A DNA stretch of 63,979 nt, the filler included, from Diploschistes diacapsis (Eukaryota): assembly GCA_023645945.1 (NCBI GenBank). It is 27 parts of 27 records of this genome, joined end to end, with 100 filler letters (N's around TTAATTAATTAA, not from the genome) between each part and the next. Parts side by side here need not be neighbours in the genome. Positions count along the whole stretch, not along the records: positions 11,371 to 33,237 come from JALAIB010000295.1; 26 more parts are not named here. One strand, given 5' to 3'. The notes under the pieces were generated by a model, which did not search any database, was not told the DNA's origin, and saw only the letters and a program-made list of their open reading frames with translations. The position numbers and the translations under genes are program-made. This document shows positions 11,623 to 24,215 of this stretch, piece by piece (the first letter of the stretch is position 1; each line of letters begins with the position of its first letter).

Positions 11623-12136
11623 CTACCGCCACATCCCTCCTCTTCTTCCGTCGTCGTCGTCGTCGTTGTCGTCGCTGTCGCTGTCCTCCTCTTCGCTGTG
11701 CCCCTCCTCGTCTTCGTCGCTGAATGCGCTGCTCCCGGTACCGTTACCGCCGCCACCGCCACCACCACCGCCGCCGGTGCTGGCAGATGTGTTTGTGAAC
11801 TGGTAGACGGAATGATGCATTCCACGCGCGCCACCCGCGCCGTAACCGTCTGGCGCCGCGGTGTTGGACGAGCTTGGGTTCGAGCTGTCGTGGTAGTTGT
11901 AGTTCATGTCAACTCCGTTTGTTTGTGGATGCTGCTGGTGTTGCGGGTGCTGTTGATGTTGATGTTGATGGTGCTGGTGGTTTTTTTGGTTCTGCTGCTG
12001 TTGTTGGTGGTGGTATTGAAGTTGCGGGGAGTTATTAGAGGATTCTTGTTGGGTGGAAGATTGGTACGTTGAGTGGGAGTTTTGGGGATATGAGGAGTGG
12101 TTTTGCTGATGGTGTGAATGTTGATGATGCTGCTGC

Positions 12137-12168
<32 letters not shown>

Positions 12169-15100
12169 GGCGGGTTGTGACTGTTGAACAAGCGCATCTT
12201 GGGCTTGGAGTTGCTTTAGAGAAAAGGATATTAGCAAAGAGTTACTAACATTAGCGGTGGAAAGAAAGAGGGCATGTAGAGCAAACGTGATTCAACGAGT
12301 CGACACCATAGTAAGTAAACAGGAGAATCGTAGATGAGGGTGTAGATGTATGAAAGGGTAATAGAAAGTCGCTCCTCATACCTGCTGGTACCGCTGGTAC
12401 CGCCAGAACTCCTCCGGTTGCTCCTCTTTCTTCCCACCACCTCCGCCCTGGCCATTCACCGGCCCTCCAACCTGTCCTCCTTGTCCCCCTTGGCCGCCTT
12501 GGCCTGCTGCTCCACTACTTCCACCACCACCTCCACTGGTCCCAGCTTGCCCCGCCGCACCCTGCGCCCCTGCCCTTTGCCCCGGCTTCCCCGGAATTTG
12601 TGCAAGCGGATGCATTTGCTGCACCTTCGCCAGATACGAATACATGAAGTTACTCAGCAGCACCTGGCTGTACAGCGCCCGCCGCGGATTGGCCAGCTTG
12701 ATATGCGCCATCCTGTATATTGCCCTCTCCTCCAGAATAGAGAAGCGCGTCCAGTTGTAGTCGACATCCGGCTTTAGCGGTGGTGCAACCTGCGGCTCGG
12801 GGGACATGGGTCTTAACGAGGACTTTTTGTGGTGAGCATGAGAGGCATCACTGGAGAGGGATTTCTTCTTGCCGCCGAAAAGCGAAGAGAAGAGGCCCGA
12901 GTTGCTGCTGCCGAAGGTGCCGTCACGGTCTTTTCTCGACGAGACGCCATCAATCCTTGCCTCCGCGGACTTGCGCGAGGACTCTTTCTTTCGCTCTTCC
13001 TCGAGCTTCATGTCGCCGCGGTCGATTACTAGGCTTTCGCGGCCACCGCTAAGACGCGGAGAGGGAGAGGACGAAGAGTCCATCGTTTGTTGAAGAACAT
13101 CGAGTCTAGTGTTGTCGCCAGACTTCCCCGGGCCGAGCTTAGATTTCGGTTTGGAGCGGGGAATTTCGCGGATTTCGGTCTCCTCGTCGATGGCATGGGA
13201 AGGCGATGGGAATCGACGGTCTTTTTCTTTCTCTTCGGTTCCCAGGAGTGAACCCCAGGACCAACTGGACTTCTTGACAGATTTCTTGACTTCGACGGCG
13301 CGCTTGTCTTCCGTTAATGTAGGGATGAACGACAGGGAGTCTGTACGAGTGCTGTTGCCTGGCAGAGGAGAGGGATGGGCAGCCATGTGCTGAAGGGTCT
13401 GGGGCGGGTGCTCATTATGCTGTTGTGGAGGAGTATTGATAAGGCCTCGTTTGGGAGGTAGCGACGAAGGAGGGGCCGAGGAGCGGAAGTTACGGGACGA
13501 GGCGTCGATCGAAGATTTTCTGTCTGGAAACACAAGCGATTGTGAAGAAGATGGCCGATGCTCTTCTGCAGGTTCGTGTATGGAAGGAATGTTTGCGGTC
13601 GTGCGACCATTCGAGGCAATTTGCGACACGAAAGGCTTTGGTTCTCGACTGGTGAAAGGAGGTATCGACGGCACGGGCGGAACAGGAGGAGCGGCCAGCC
13701 TATTCAACGCCTCTTGGGGTGGAGGAGGCGATTTCTGCGCTGGAGTGACGTCGTCGGTTCGGGAGATCTCGATAGGAGGGGGGGATGTGATCCGAGGGAA
13801 GACCCTGGACCGACCACCCCTCGCGGGCCGCGAAAAGTTCTCCGGGGGTGGCTTCACCGTCATCTTCTCCAGTGCCGGCGTGGGCTCGGTCTGCACTCTG
13901 GTTATGCCTTGTATGGGTTCATTCCCTACATCGGGGCTCTTGGGAGACATCAAGTCTTCGCTGTCTGATTCAACAGCCCTTGCTGCTCGTTTCGACGGTG
14001 GCAAACGTTCCCCCTGCCTCAGGCTGCCCTTTCTGTATGTCGTCCTTGTTGATCTCCTCAACTGATTACCTCCGGGCGCAGCCGGCAGTATCGGCATATC
14101 CTCATCCAGCGCATCCTCTCCGCTCGACTGCTTGTTTTCGAGGCTCAGCCTCTGCATCACCTTTGACGGATCGTTCATAAGCATCTCCAGCTCCTGCAAG
14201 TTCGACACCCCCGAGCTCCTCCGACTGCTTTGCTCCGTCTGCGATCTCTTTTGATCAAGTCTCTCGGCTCCATCTTGGTAGCTCTCCGCGGCTTTCCCCC
14301 CCGAGTTATCAATCTGCCTCGAGAGCATTGACTTCTTCCTCCTCAGCCCGCCCTCCGATCCCGATCTCTGGGACCCGTCAGCCGGAAGCGCAAACTCGCC
14401 GGACCTCCTCTTCATCGAGTCGACCCTGGTGTCCAAGAAGGTCTTGAACTCTTTCGGCGCAAGCTCGGGATGCAGCCGTGCAGGAACCCAGAATAATCTC
14501 GACGCATCATCTTCGTCCGTGGAGTCGGTGGGGGGCATAGGGGGAATGCCAATAATAGGGCTGAAACTCGGTAGGTCAGGGTCACCGGCGAGACCGACAT
14601 CCATGGACATTCTTCGAATGGCTTGCAGATTGCTCAGTTCTTGAGCGACTGCCGCAGGGCTTGATTCATAATCGATGTCGTTGAGGGGGAAAGAGGCTGC
14701 TGCGGTCTCAGCGGGTGATCGGAGCGGCGACGAGGGACCAGGCCCATGGCCGGCAGAGTTGCTTCTCCCAACCATGTAGTCTGTTGCATGTGTAGTATGT
14801 GCTTGGGTAGGTAGTTTGTCCGACTGTGTTCGTGATAGGGGTCTGGCGGGCCGCAGGTCTTTTCTGTTCTCGGGGCTGGGCATGGTCGTGTGTATTTCCT
14901 CACGAGCCGAAGGCATGAAGCTTAATGGGCGGCTCTCGCTCCGTGACAGCAAATGCGGCGGTTGCGACTGCTGCTGCTGCCCCTGCTCGCCATACTCGTA
15001 CAAGCTGCTTATTGCGTCCGTAACGTGGTGATTGTCGTCGGAAATGGATATGTGAGGGCCGCGTGGGCCACGATAGCCACCGGCATGATCGCGGGGCCTG

Positions 15101-15238
15101 GAGGTGGTCTATGAAGAGCATGGTATGTTAGCATATGCCTGTGACGATTTGTTCGGTTGAAGGTAAGGAGATAAAAGGCTCAGCAGAGTCCACTCTGGGA
15201 GCAGAACATATGTCAGGTAAGATTCTACTTACTTGCAT
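11623..15238 (-). CDS. zds1: Zds1-like protein (PP2A-Cdc55 regulator, Zds_C domain); 3 exons: 15238-15233, 15108-12382, 12213-11623
   Basis: Zds_C motif RFSILEERAIYRMAHIKLANPRRALYSQVLLSNFMYSYL and N-terminal LFWVPARLHPELAP. Canonical GTAAGT..GCTAAC..TAG and GTATGA..GCTAAT..AAG introns keep the frame. Q/H/D-rich tail. Confidence 0.9.
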
Positions 15239-16165
15239 TGAATGCTCATCTGAGCCCTCCCAATAAGGGGGGAAAGTTAGGTGGACGACGACAAAGCGGA
15301 GATCCTTTAGAATGAATGGAGATGGGTCCTCATAGGACTAAGAGCCCACAGAGATGAGATCAAGGTGCACCAAGGATCAAGCGACGGACTGATGAGGATA
15401 TGGCGTGCGAGACTTTAGGAGGTTGACAGATATGTTAAGGCGCTGCAGCTGGTGATGGTGATGAGCATGGCTGGTGGTTGTGGTTGTGGTTGTGGTGGTG
15501 GTGCTGACGGTCGTGATGGTGGTGGAAATCTACTAATGTGGCCCAAAACTCACGATTCACCAAGCCACAGACCCTCCTTTGAGGGTTTGGGGCTGATCAA
15601 CGGGTGATTGACAAGTAAACTAAAACCACCCCCGCGAATTGTCATCACCTTACCAGAACACAGTAAAATCGACCATGGGCACCCCCAGTTTATACTACCC
15701 ACCTGGAAGTATTTCATTAATCCATACAAAGCACAAAGGAGTACAGGAAGATGGGGGGGACTCGAAATACGACTATGGGTCACTGACCGAAAAGGTCATC
15801 GGGAGCGCTTCAGCCTTTCGGTCATCCTTTGTTCCTACGCAGTAGCGCTGAAGAGACTTCTGTCGGAAATGTCAAATATGTAGTTTTAGGAAATCTAGAG
15901 TGACAGGACTGCAGTGGGCCACAGAATGTCTAATTTCACGCTTCAGGCGTGTTGGTATGTTTGGGATGTGCGAGCCTAGGCCGAAAATATGTGCTATGTA
16001 CCTACGATTCCCAAACCAGACTGTACGGGAGTGAGAGGTTTGTACCGTTCTTTCTGAGAATTGAATATTTCTGGCAACAACATATGTAATGTACGGTTTG
16101 GCTCCTTCTCTGCGATACTTCATATTCAGCGCTCTGCATATTAATTGCCTCCAACCTCCTCCCTC

Positions 16166-17704
16166 TCACGACTTCGACGGCATGACCGGCGAGTCCACCA
16201 CCCCAGATGTTTGTCCTCCCGCGGGCGTCATCCCCGCACCTCCAGCCGACGCCGTCCCCACACCGCCCCCACTCTCCAGGCCCCCATCAACCGGCAAGTT
16301 CTGCGTCTGCAACGCACCAGGGCCTCTCGCATCCGTCGGGCTGGTCGGGCTCGTCACCGCACTGTCCGGCAACTCGTTCGTGCCCGTCGCGCAAGACGCG
16401 ATGATATCCCTCCACTTCTGTGCATCGGCCGCCGTGTGCGCCTTGAAGTTGATCTCGTGCGCTATCTGGAACGCGGATCCGACTTTCCCTTTGCTCGCAT
16501 CTTTGCCCTTGACGTTGAACTTGGCGTCCGAGACCGCGCCGACGGTACAGTCCGGTAGGTAGAGGGAGAGCTCCGGGGTCGGGTCTTTGTGAATGTCATC
16601 CTCTGAGTCGAATTGGTGGAGATACTTGGCGGGCGTGACGACGTAGAAGCCTGTCTTGTACCCGGTCAGCCCGCCCATGCCTCGAGATTTGCGCTCCAAA
16701 GTACCGGCGATGAGGGGCTTGGTTGCAGCATGATGTTGGTTCGGGTATGTTATGTGCGAAATGCCTCTCTTGGGCGCACTGGGGTCAAGGAGCATATTGC
16801 CCTGTCGGTGCTGGAACTTATTCCATTCAAAGTCTGGAGCAATATTCTGCGCGTTGCTGACAATGTCCAAGTACATTGCCTTCTCGCGGTCTGCTCTGCC
16901 GCCGACGTATGTGAGGAATTGCTGGAAAGCCTGCTGGAAAGTCTGCACGATGTGGGCCTCGAAGATTTGGAAGTTTTGCTGCACAGAGATCAGGTCCTGA
17001 CGACTATTGTTCTCTTCCAGGACTTGCTTGTGCAGCGTGTGCTGGATGCCACGATGAAGAACGTAAGGGTCGTTGTGCGCGTCGATCTTTCCGCCCGTAG
17101 AGTCGAAAGCGGCGGCGTATTGGCCAAGGAGCTCAATACGCTTCTGTGAGTTATTCTTGGCCACATCGACAGACTTCGCGGACTTGCCGGCGCCCGAAGT
17201 GAGCTCGCTGTGCTTGTTCTTGATCTCCTTATGAAGACGCTGAAGGATGGGAAGGACTTGCCCGTCGAGGCTTTTGCTGGTTTCGAGGTGTGAATTGGCA
17301 AGAGCCTGCAACATCAGGAGAGCGTTCCGATGCGGGAGCTGGGGCCTTACCTGAGTGTTCGCCCTCATGTTCTCAAAAAGCCCGGCGACACCTCCTAAGG
17401 CTTGATCGAAGTGATGCCCCTCTTTCAGTGGGTCAGATATGCTTTTCAAGACCCTGCTGTACTCTTTCGATTGCTCCTTCTGCAACTTCTCCGTAGCCGT
17501 GACATAGTTCTCCAGATACCCGCAAGCGTGCTTCCAAGCCTGTAAACGCTCGAGTAGCAGTCCAATAGTATTGCTCGGAGCGGCGTCGGTTATGGCCTCT
17601 TCGTCGGTTTCATACCCTCCTGCACCTGAGCTTAGGGTGGTGCTTCGGGTAGGAAGAGTGCTCTGGCCGGGGATTCCGGCCTTTTCGGGCGGATATGCAG
17701 ACAT
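16166..17704 (-). CDS. slm1: BAR-PH domain protein (Slm1/BapH-like); one 45-nt intron at 17350-17306
   Basis: Helical N-terminal region (LLERLQAWKH...) plus PH domain (AGTLERKS...FYVVTPAKYLHQF...PELSLYLPDC...AQKW). The GTAAGG...CAG in-frame intron is read through in the ORF track. The symbol is a family-level call. Confidence 0.8.
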   Translation of the reverse strand: MSAYPPEKAGIPGQSTLPTRSTTLSSGAGGYETDEEAITDAAPSNTIGLLLERLQAWKHACGYLENYVTATEKLQKEQSKEYSRVLKSISDPLKEGHHFDQALGGVAGLFENMRANTQVRPQLPHRNALLMLQALANSHLETSKSLDGQVLPILQRLHKEIKNKHSELTSGAGKSAKSVDVAKNNSQKRIELLGQYAAAFDSTGGKIDAHNDPYVLHRGIQHTLHKQVLEENNSRQDLISVQQNFQIFEAHIVQTFQQAFQQFLTYVGGRADREKAMYLDIVSNAQNIAPDFEWNKFQHRQGNMLLDPSAPKRGISHITYPNQHHAATKPLIAGTLERKSRGMGGLTGYKTGFYVVTPAKYLHQFDSEDDIHKDPTPELSLYLPDCTVGAVSDAKFNVKGKDASKGKVGSAFQIAHEINFKAHTAADAQKWRDIIASCATGTNELPDSAVTSPTSPTDARGPGALQTQNLPVDGGLESGGGVGTASAGGAGMTPAGGQTSGVVDSPVMPSKS

Positions 17705-18518
17705 TATTGAAAGGCCCCGGACTAAAAAAGTCTAGGAAGTTACGTGGATGCTAGAGAAGTCCGTGGACGATTTATTTGAGACTTGTGGACACGCTTTGTG
17801 GCTTCTTCAGTATCAGGATATGCACAAAATTATATAAGAATTAGAGGCTGTAGGTTTGTTACCGTGTCAATCCGACTGTGAAGTGTGAGAGTGTTGCTGG
17901 TCGAAGACAACTAGGGCCTTTATTTCTATTCCCTATGGAGAGGGAAGCTACCCCTATAAGAGAATGAAGATCCATATAGTACAGAGGGGCCTGCTGCCCA
18001 AAAGAATGCACTTTCCCTAAGATATGACGTCAAGTGTCTGGAGAATGCAGCGTCCCTGATTGGCCTTTATGAGGCTTCAAGGATGCACGGTCCAAGTGGC
18101 TAGATGTGGCTAGAACGTGTGGCTTTGCTTGGCTCAAGCCTTTACTAGTGGCGTAGGTAGGTACCTAGTCTTTTGTTGCTACTGCCGCTCAGCAGGCTGG
18201 ACTTCCATGTCTCGACTCACCGAAAGACCGGCATGTCAACCGGTTTGATTGTATGAAATCCAAGCACGTCCAATGCAACAAGAAGGTAAATTAATTGATA
18301 ATCCTAAAATTCCCCAGCAAGCGAAGGGGTATCTCGATACACATGATTGTCATCTTAGCAAAGACTTTCCCTGTTGCTCCTCCCATGCAGCCCGCTGGAT
18401 GGTGCTAGTAGCGCCATTGAATGCTTTTGAATTCTCTTCTCCAAAAATGCCGATGACATACCGAAGAATGCCTGTGGACCCGAACCCGGTCGGCGTGTAT
18501 TTATCAGCATCAGAGAAC

Positions 18519-20470
18519 TCAACTGTCGCTCCCTTGTGTATCGGGCGCATAATGGACGCGACGCGACGATGTTGTGGGCCGACTCCCCGACGACTCCGCT
18601 TCGGGCGGATTCGGTGCTGGTAGAGCGGGTGCGTTGGCTGCAACAGAGCCCATGTTTTCTGGGCTGGCTGGTCTACTGGTCGCCGTCTGGTAGCTTGGGA
18701 GATCGGGGTTCCAGGGTGTGCGAATGCTTGTGCTCAAAGCGGTACTATAGCTTGGGACTTTGTTCAGCTCGTCATTGTTGTACTCGAGGTGAATGGGGGG
18801 TGTACGCTGGCTTGGATTTGAGCCTTGGATGGCACTTGTGGAAGCCGACGGGCCTGGACTGTGTTGGTTGCTCGAATTTCTATTGCCGGATGCGAAATAG
18901 CTGCTCTCGTCCGATCCAGGTTGGAAAGCACGGCTTGGAGCTCCTGCGCTGCCTTGACCACTTGGACCGGCATTATTATGCTCGCTCCCTTTACGGTCTC
19001 TTCCATCCGCCGTTGTGAGCCCGCTTAAGCGATTACGGAGAGTGTTTGCCGAAACCTGTCTATCCGAGTTACCGTCCATAGCTGCCAAGTTCCCAGCAGA
19101 TCCAGATCTGCTGATGTCCTTGGGAGTTGCCGGAGCGCTTGCCGAAGGTGTCATGAGATACTGCAGATCAATGTCGCTGTAGATTTGATCATAAAGGTGA
19201 TCGCCATAGCCTGGAGGAGGCAGGTTCTCGTTGACTGCAGCACCCGAAAGACCGGAAACCATTTCATTCTCGTTGTTCATACGTGCTATTGTAGGCATTG
19301 CAAGAGTGATCGGAAGCTTACATCTGAGCTGGAGAAGCTTAGCGAAGTCAATGTCCGAACGAGGATCTTGCAGACTCACCTCCGATGTATGGCCTGCCGG
19401 ATTATGCAGAGCAACCACAAACTTGAGCTGGTGCTCAATCTTGACTTTCGGATGCTCAAAGCTCTGCCGACAGACCTGCAAGTTTCGAGGAAGTGCTAGT
19501 GTGCGCGAGAATCGATAGCCTTCGTAGCCTTCAATGTTCTCAGTTTCCGTCCCTTCAGGTAGTTCATAGACATCCTCGCAAATCAATTCGGGATCGTCAT
19601 GCCACTCCTGGGGGCAATAAATGTCCGTTCTGATCGGAAGCCACGTCCAGCGCTCCTCTAATAGCTGAGTATGAATCTTGCCAATTTTCAACCCTTTGAG
19701 TAGTGGCACCATTTCGAACTTGCAGGAGACAGCCGAGCCATACATGACACATTTGGATGGAGTACTAAAGCGGTACTTGATCTTATTGGGCCAGAGATTG
19801 TCCACAACCTGGATCTCGTCAGAATCCTGTACCTCTTGCGTAGTTTACAAACTCACCATTGTATGAGAGTGCTCCAAGGAGGTCGAATCAACGGTTCGGA
19901 TGAGTCGCACATGTTCTCTATCGAGTAGATCCTTGGTCAGGAGACCTCGCTCAACAACTGCCTTCAGATCGTATGTGAGCCAGCTATGTGGTAAACCCTC
20001 CAGGCTTTCGGGTTTGTTTCCGTCGATAACGAATTCAAAGGGCCATTCGTGATTTCCCACGCCCAGTACGGTGCTCTGTTTCGGCGCTGTGGGAAAAAGG
20101 GTCTTCGTCTCACTGAGAAAGCGTTCTTCATGCTTACAAACTTTCTTGGTAAATGAGATGTAGCTAATCTCCATAAGCAATGAACGGAGGACATGGGTCT
20201 ATTTGGTGCGTACCCTCCTCGGACCTTGCCAGTGAAGGTGATCCGCACTGCTTGTGCCTTGAGTGATTCCGTTAGACACAAAGCAACCGTGCCGTTCAGG
20301 AGTACCCGCGGAGCTTCGTCACGGCTGCCACGCAGGATTAAGTGGTTGTCATTGACCCTGAATAAGAGCTAATATCAGAAAAGCGATGCGGGCAACTCGT
20401 AGGCTTTGACAAACCTGATCTTAAAATGGCAGTGTGGGGGAATGCTCGTGCCACTGAACAGACGAGACAT
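18519..20470 (-). CDS. creD: Alpha-arrestin, CreD/Rod1-like Rsp5 adaptor; exons 20470-20415, 20357-20214, 20163-19857, 19808-19380, 19328-18519
   Basis: Arrestin motifs ILRGSRDEA, GNHEWPFEF, PESLEGL, NLWPNKIKY, HQLKFVVALHNPAGHTSE. PY-type motifs PPPGY, VPSY and LPSY. Four canonical introns join in frame. Adjacent to creC. Confidence 0.85.
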
Positions 20471-20990
20471 TACGATAATTGAACCTCTTCGTCGGCTTTA
20501 CATGATAAATTCCATAGGAAATCAATGACGGAAAAAGCAAGGGATGGAAATAGAGATCTTCCTGTCGATCCCCCAGTAACCGCCGGAGGAGGTCACGGTC
20601 ATTGAGTGGTAATTGCAAGGCGATTGAGAGTTGGTTGCAGCTGCTATCTGCAGTTACTTGCAGAAGGGATGGATGGGCAAGAGTTTGTGTCGGTGACGCT
20701 TGTCTAACGTTTTCCACATCAGAATCGGCAATCTTTAAATACCTCCGTGTTACCAGACATGCGCCCTAGCATGAGGGAACCAGGCCAACAGATTAGTGGG
20801 ACGAAGATTTGGCTGAAACCGGACATACACATGTCAAGCTGGGAACCAGCCATGATGCTAAGTCGGAACACGAGGCAGAAGCCGCGGTGGGCAACAAAGA
20901 AGATAAAAGAGAAGATTTGAAGCGGTGGAGCCGGGCCTGCACGGGTTTTGTTTTGATATGCTTATCAAAGACAGGAACGACGACCTCTTT

Positions 20991-21038
20991 AAGCCACTAC
21001 CACAAGCCACTACCACAGCCACTACCACAGCCACTACT
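20991..21038. repeat. Short tandem repeat (AGCCACTACCAC) x about 4
   Basis: Directly visible in the intergenic region upstream of the arrestin gene. Confidence 0.7.
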
Positions 21039-21657
21039 CTAGCTCCGAAGAAGCATATATCTATCTACAAGCTGCTTATTACTGGTTGTTACATACCTCC
21101 AAGTCTGGCTTATTCCCCGGTTCACGTTGGTGGAGAGGTATGTTATTCCATTATGGCTATCTAATAGTCTTATATATCATTTTGGAACTCGGCAGCATGG
21201 TCGAATGATGACGAACATTCCCCAACCTGGCCTCTAACCCTAAAGTGGCTATCTAGACTAGCTACTTTCGGCGCACGCAACGTAATCGGCATCGACAACA
21301 TATCTTCTTCGACTTGGGATAGTTATACTGGGGTTTTCTACAACTGTCCAAGGACGCTGTGCGACAATACTTGAGATGTTGTTAATCAATCATTATTATA
21401 AATGGCTCGGCATAATTCTTCGGCCTCTCTCAGGTGGAGCGAAAACCTCCTGCGGTAAATAATATTGTGCATACAGCGGGAGTCCACTGTATTCTACGGT
21501 CAGATATAGAGATTAGGGCGCTTTCGTTTCCGAGGATCTCCTGCACGCTGGAGTGTGAGTCAACTGATTGTTATTATTCCAATTTAGCAACAAGTTGTCG
21601 AGTAATCAGCGTCCGCAACGGATTGTTTGTTGCTCGGCATTTAGGATTAAACGTCCC

Positions 21658-23818
21658 TCACGTTTCTTTCTTGATACTGGAGTTTTCGTTCTCGTTGACG
21701 GCTTCCTTAGGACGGTCCCATACTCTGACATGACCTACAAGAACAAAGTAAGCAAACACTTTGAACACTTATGAGAGAGTACTCACCGACTAGGCACGAT
21801 GTCACTATGCAATCTTCTTCGAAACCCAACCAGGCCAAAGGATGGTCGTCAACAATCTTTGACTGGGGCTGCTATTAGCCCAAACAAGGCAAAGAACGGA
21901 GTAGCTTACCAATACTGGTGGTAGCTCTGCCGTCATGATCCGGGAGACTATGGCATGCTCTATCGTGTCCTCCTCATCGGCACTATTCGTTGTCAAGCTC
22001 GAGTTTGAACGTAATCTAGCTGCACCCTGGGGATCGGTGCGCTGTCTGGCTATCGGGTTTACTGAAGCCACACTCCTTGTTCGCGCAGTAATCTATCTGA
22101 TTAGCATGTCTCTCTCGTTCATCTGCTGGCTAGCTTACTGCTTTAGGCTTGTGCAGCATGCTATAATTGAAGTCCCAGAGGAGTAATCGACAATCTTCTC
22201 CGACGCTTCCAAAGCGATAATTCTTACTATCGCACCGCCATGGATCGAAAGCAACCGCAGTTACCCACGACTGGTGACCTGGGCATCGAGCCACAATTGA
22301 ACGATCCGCCAGTGACCAAATTGACACCAAGTCATCCTGCCCCCCTGTCAAAAGATATTTGCCATCAGGAGACCAACAACAGCAAGTTAGCGAGCCATAA
22401 TAGCTGCTATACAAATCGAGGAGGCTGTTAATCTTAGCGGCGATGCATCTTAAATTTCCACTAGACCCACATTTCTTTCAAGTAGTCTATGATCCTCAAA
22501 GACCCATCGTTTGATACAACGGCAAGGTGTTGGCAGTCTGGAGAGAAAGCCATTTGACTAATCTTCTGGTTCGAGATTTTCCAAGACGCAACGGGATTCA
22601 TCTTCTGATTTTTGGAATTGACGGATTTATTGACGTGGAATGCTGCGCTTTCACTATGATCCCTACTTGGCTCGGTATTGATCTGCGTTGTTTCTTCAGC
22701 AACAAATGCGGCATCATCCCGTTCCTTGTCATATACTATTAGGGTGCCGTCATGGTGCGAAGCCAGGAACAGATTCTCCGACCCCGGAATCCACTTGACA
22801 TCCGATACAGGAGAGACGTTGATTACCCCGTTCTTGTTGATCCGGTTATACCTTTGACTGAAAGGCTCGTACCATACAATATCGCCCGCAGAGGAGCCCG
22901 CAACGAGATCAATGTGGTTCGGAGTCTTTGTCAGCTCATTGGCATTATGGCAGAGCATATGAGCTTTCGTGAAGAGCACTTTGGTTAGATGTTCGCCTTT
23001 GAAGTGGGAGTCCGACGTCAAATCCAGCCATTGGATAGCGCGATTGATATTGGCGAAGCATAGGATGCCGTCGGGATCACGCTCCTGTAACCTTCTCGAT
23101 AAGATCTCGTGTGGGACCATGCGAGATATGAACGTTGAGTTCGTCTTCATCATATTGGTCTTCGGTTTCTTCCTTTTGGCCGCGTCTTTCCCAATGCTGG
23201 GAGCAGTCAGGAGAGAATTGTTGGCACCAAAAGCTGGAGCCTTGCCATTGGATGAGCTGGACAATGGCTGCGAAACAGCATCACTCTCATTGCTGTTGCT
23301 ATCATGAGACACTCTTGGTTCTTCATGCTCTTTGATGCTGAACGTAGAGAAGTTTGGTCGGAAGTTGACGGCTGAATCGATGTTGTAGAGTTGAGGAGGT
23401 GCCTTACTAGCGCTTGTTCGCACGAGGGTAAGCTTCACCCCTTGGGTAGGAGGCGCAATGGCCGTTGACAAGGGATTTGTGCTTGTGACTGGCGCTTCGG
23501 ATGGATGTGGAGGTGGGGTAGCAAGCTGAAAGTCGTCTCGAAGCACATAGGTCCCTGTAACGGCGAGTTAGTCCCCCACTTGAATCGGAATGTCTCCGCA
23601 TACCCTCGCCTACTAAGAACTGGTAATCAGGGCCTGAAGGGTGCTCGAGTTTGTTGTTGGTATCGGCAAGAGGGGCCGGCGCTCCCAGATTGACCGTCGT
23701 TTGTTGGTTGCTCGATCCCTGTCCATAGATCTTGGGAGGAGGAGGGAGAACACTGGCGAAATCTAGTATAAACATTATGCTCTTGGAAAACTAAGAGAAT
23801 CCACTATTCATACAACAT
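21658..23818 (-). CDS. creC: Catabolite repression protein CreC (WD40, WDR20-like); exons 23818-23814, 23752-23604, 23554-22471, 22424-22139, 22092-21910, 21862-21787, 21734-21658
   Basis: The spliced product begins MFVLPPPP and contains [81 protein letters not shown] and GHVRVWDRP. All six introns are GT-AG. Confidence 0.93.
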
Positions 23819-24215
23819 GATGCTGAGCTCGCTAGCAGTTTGAAGCTATAATGCGAAGTAGGAGCACTGAGACGTGAGAAACTGGGGGTATATCCATGCG
23901 TCGAGCCAGATGGAGAATGCGGCCAAATACGACGGCCGCTTGATTATCGCTTAGTCGTTGATGAGGGTGATATGTACAACCTCTGTATTCTGCAGAAGCA
24001 TTGACATGCACAATCCAATTTTCCGCAACATTCAAAAGGATGTTGACATGGCATTACAACCACCTGCCTCGGCGAATCCAGATGCCGATGTACCGATGGC
24101 TTAAGAATTTATCATTACACCACGATTTGCCGGCCATGACCAACTACTGCCATACCAGCTTCTCTGCCCTCCAGGTAGTCTTTGAAGAGTATTTCAGACC
24201 TCTAAATGGCAGAAC
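23819..24215. promoter_or_regulatory. Compact divergent intergenic region between creC and gem1 (likely bidirectional promoter)
   Basis: The start codons of head-to-head genes are about 400 bp apart. No specific sites were identified. Confidence 0.55.

Noticed and set aside
11417..12200. Several overlapping ORFs with poly-V, poly-P or poly-S
   Set aside because: They are antisense or alternative frames of the low-complexity last exon of zds1.
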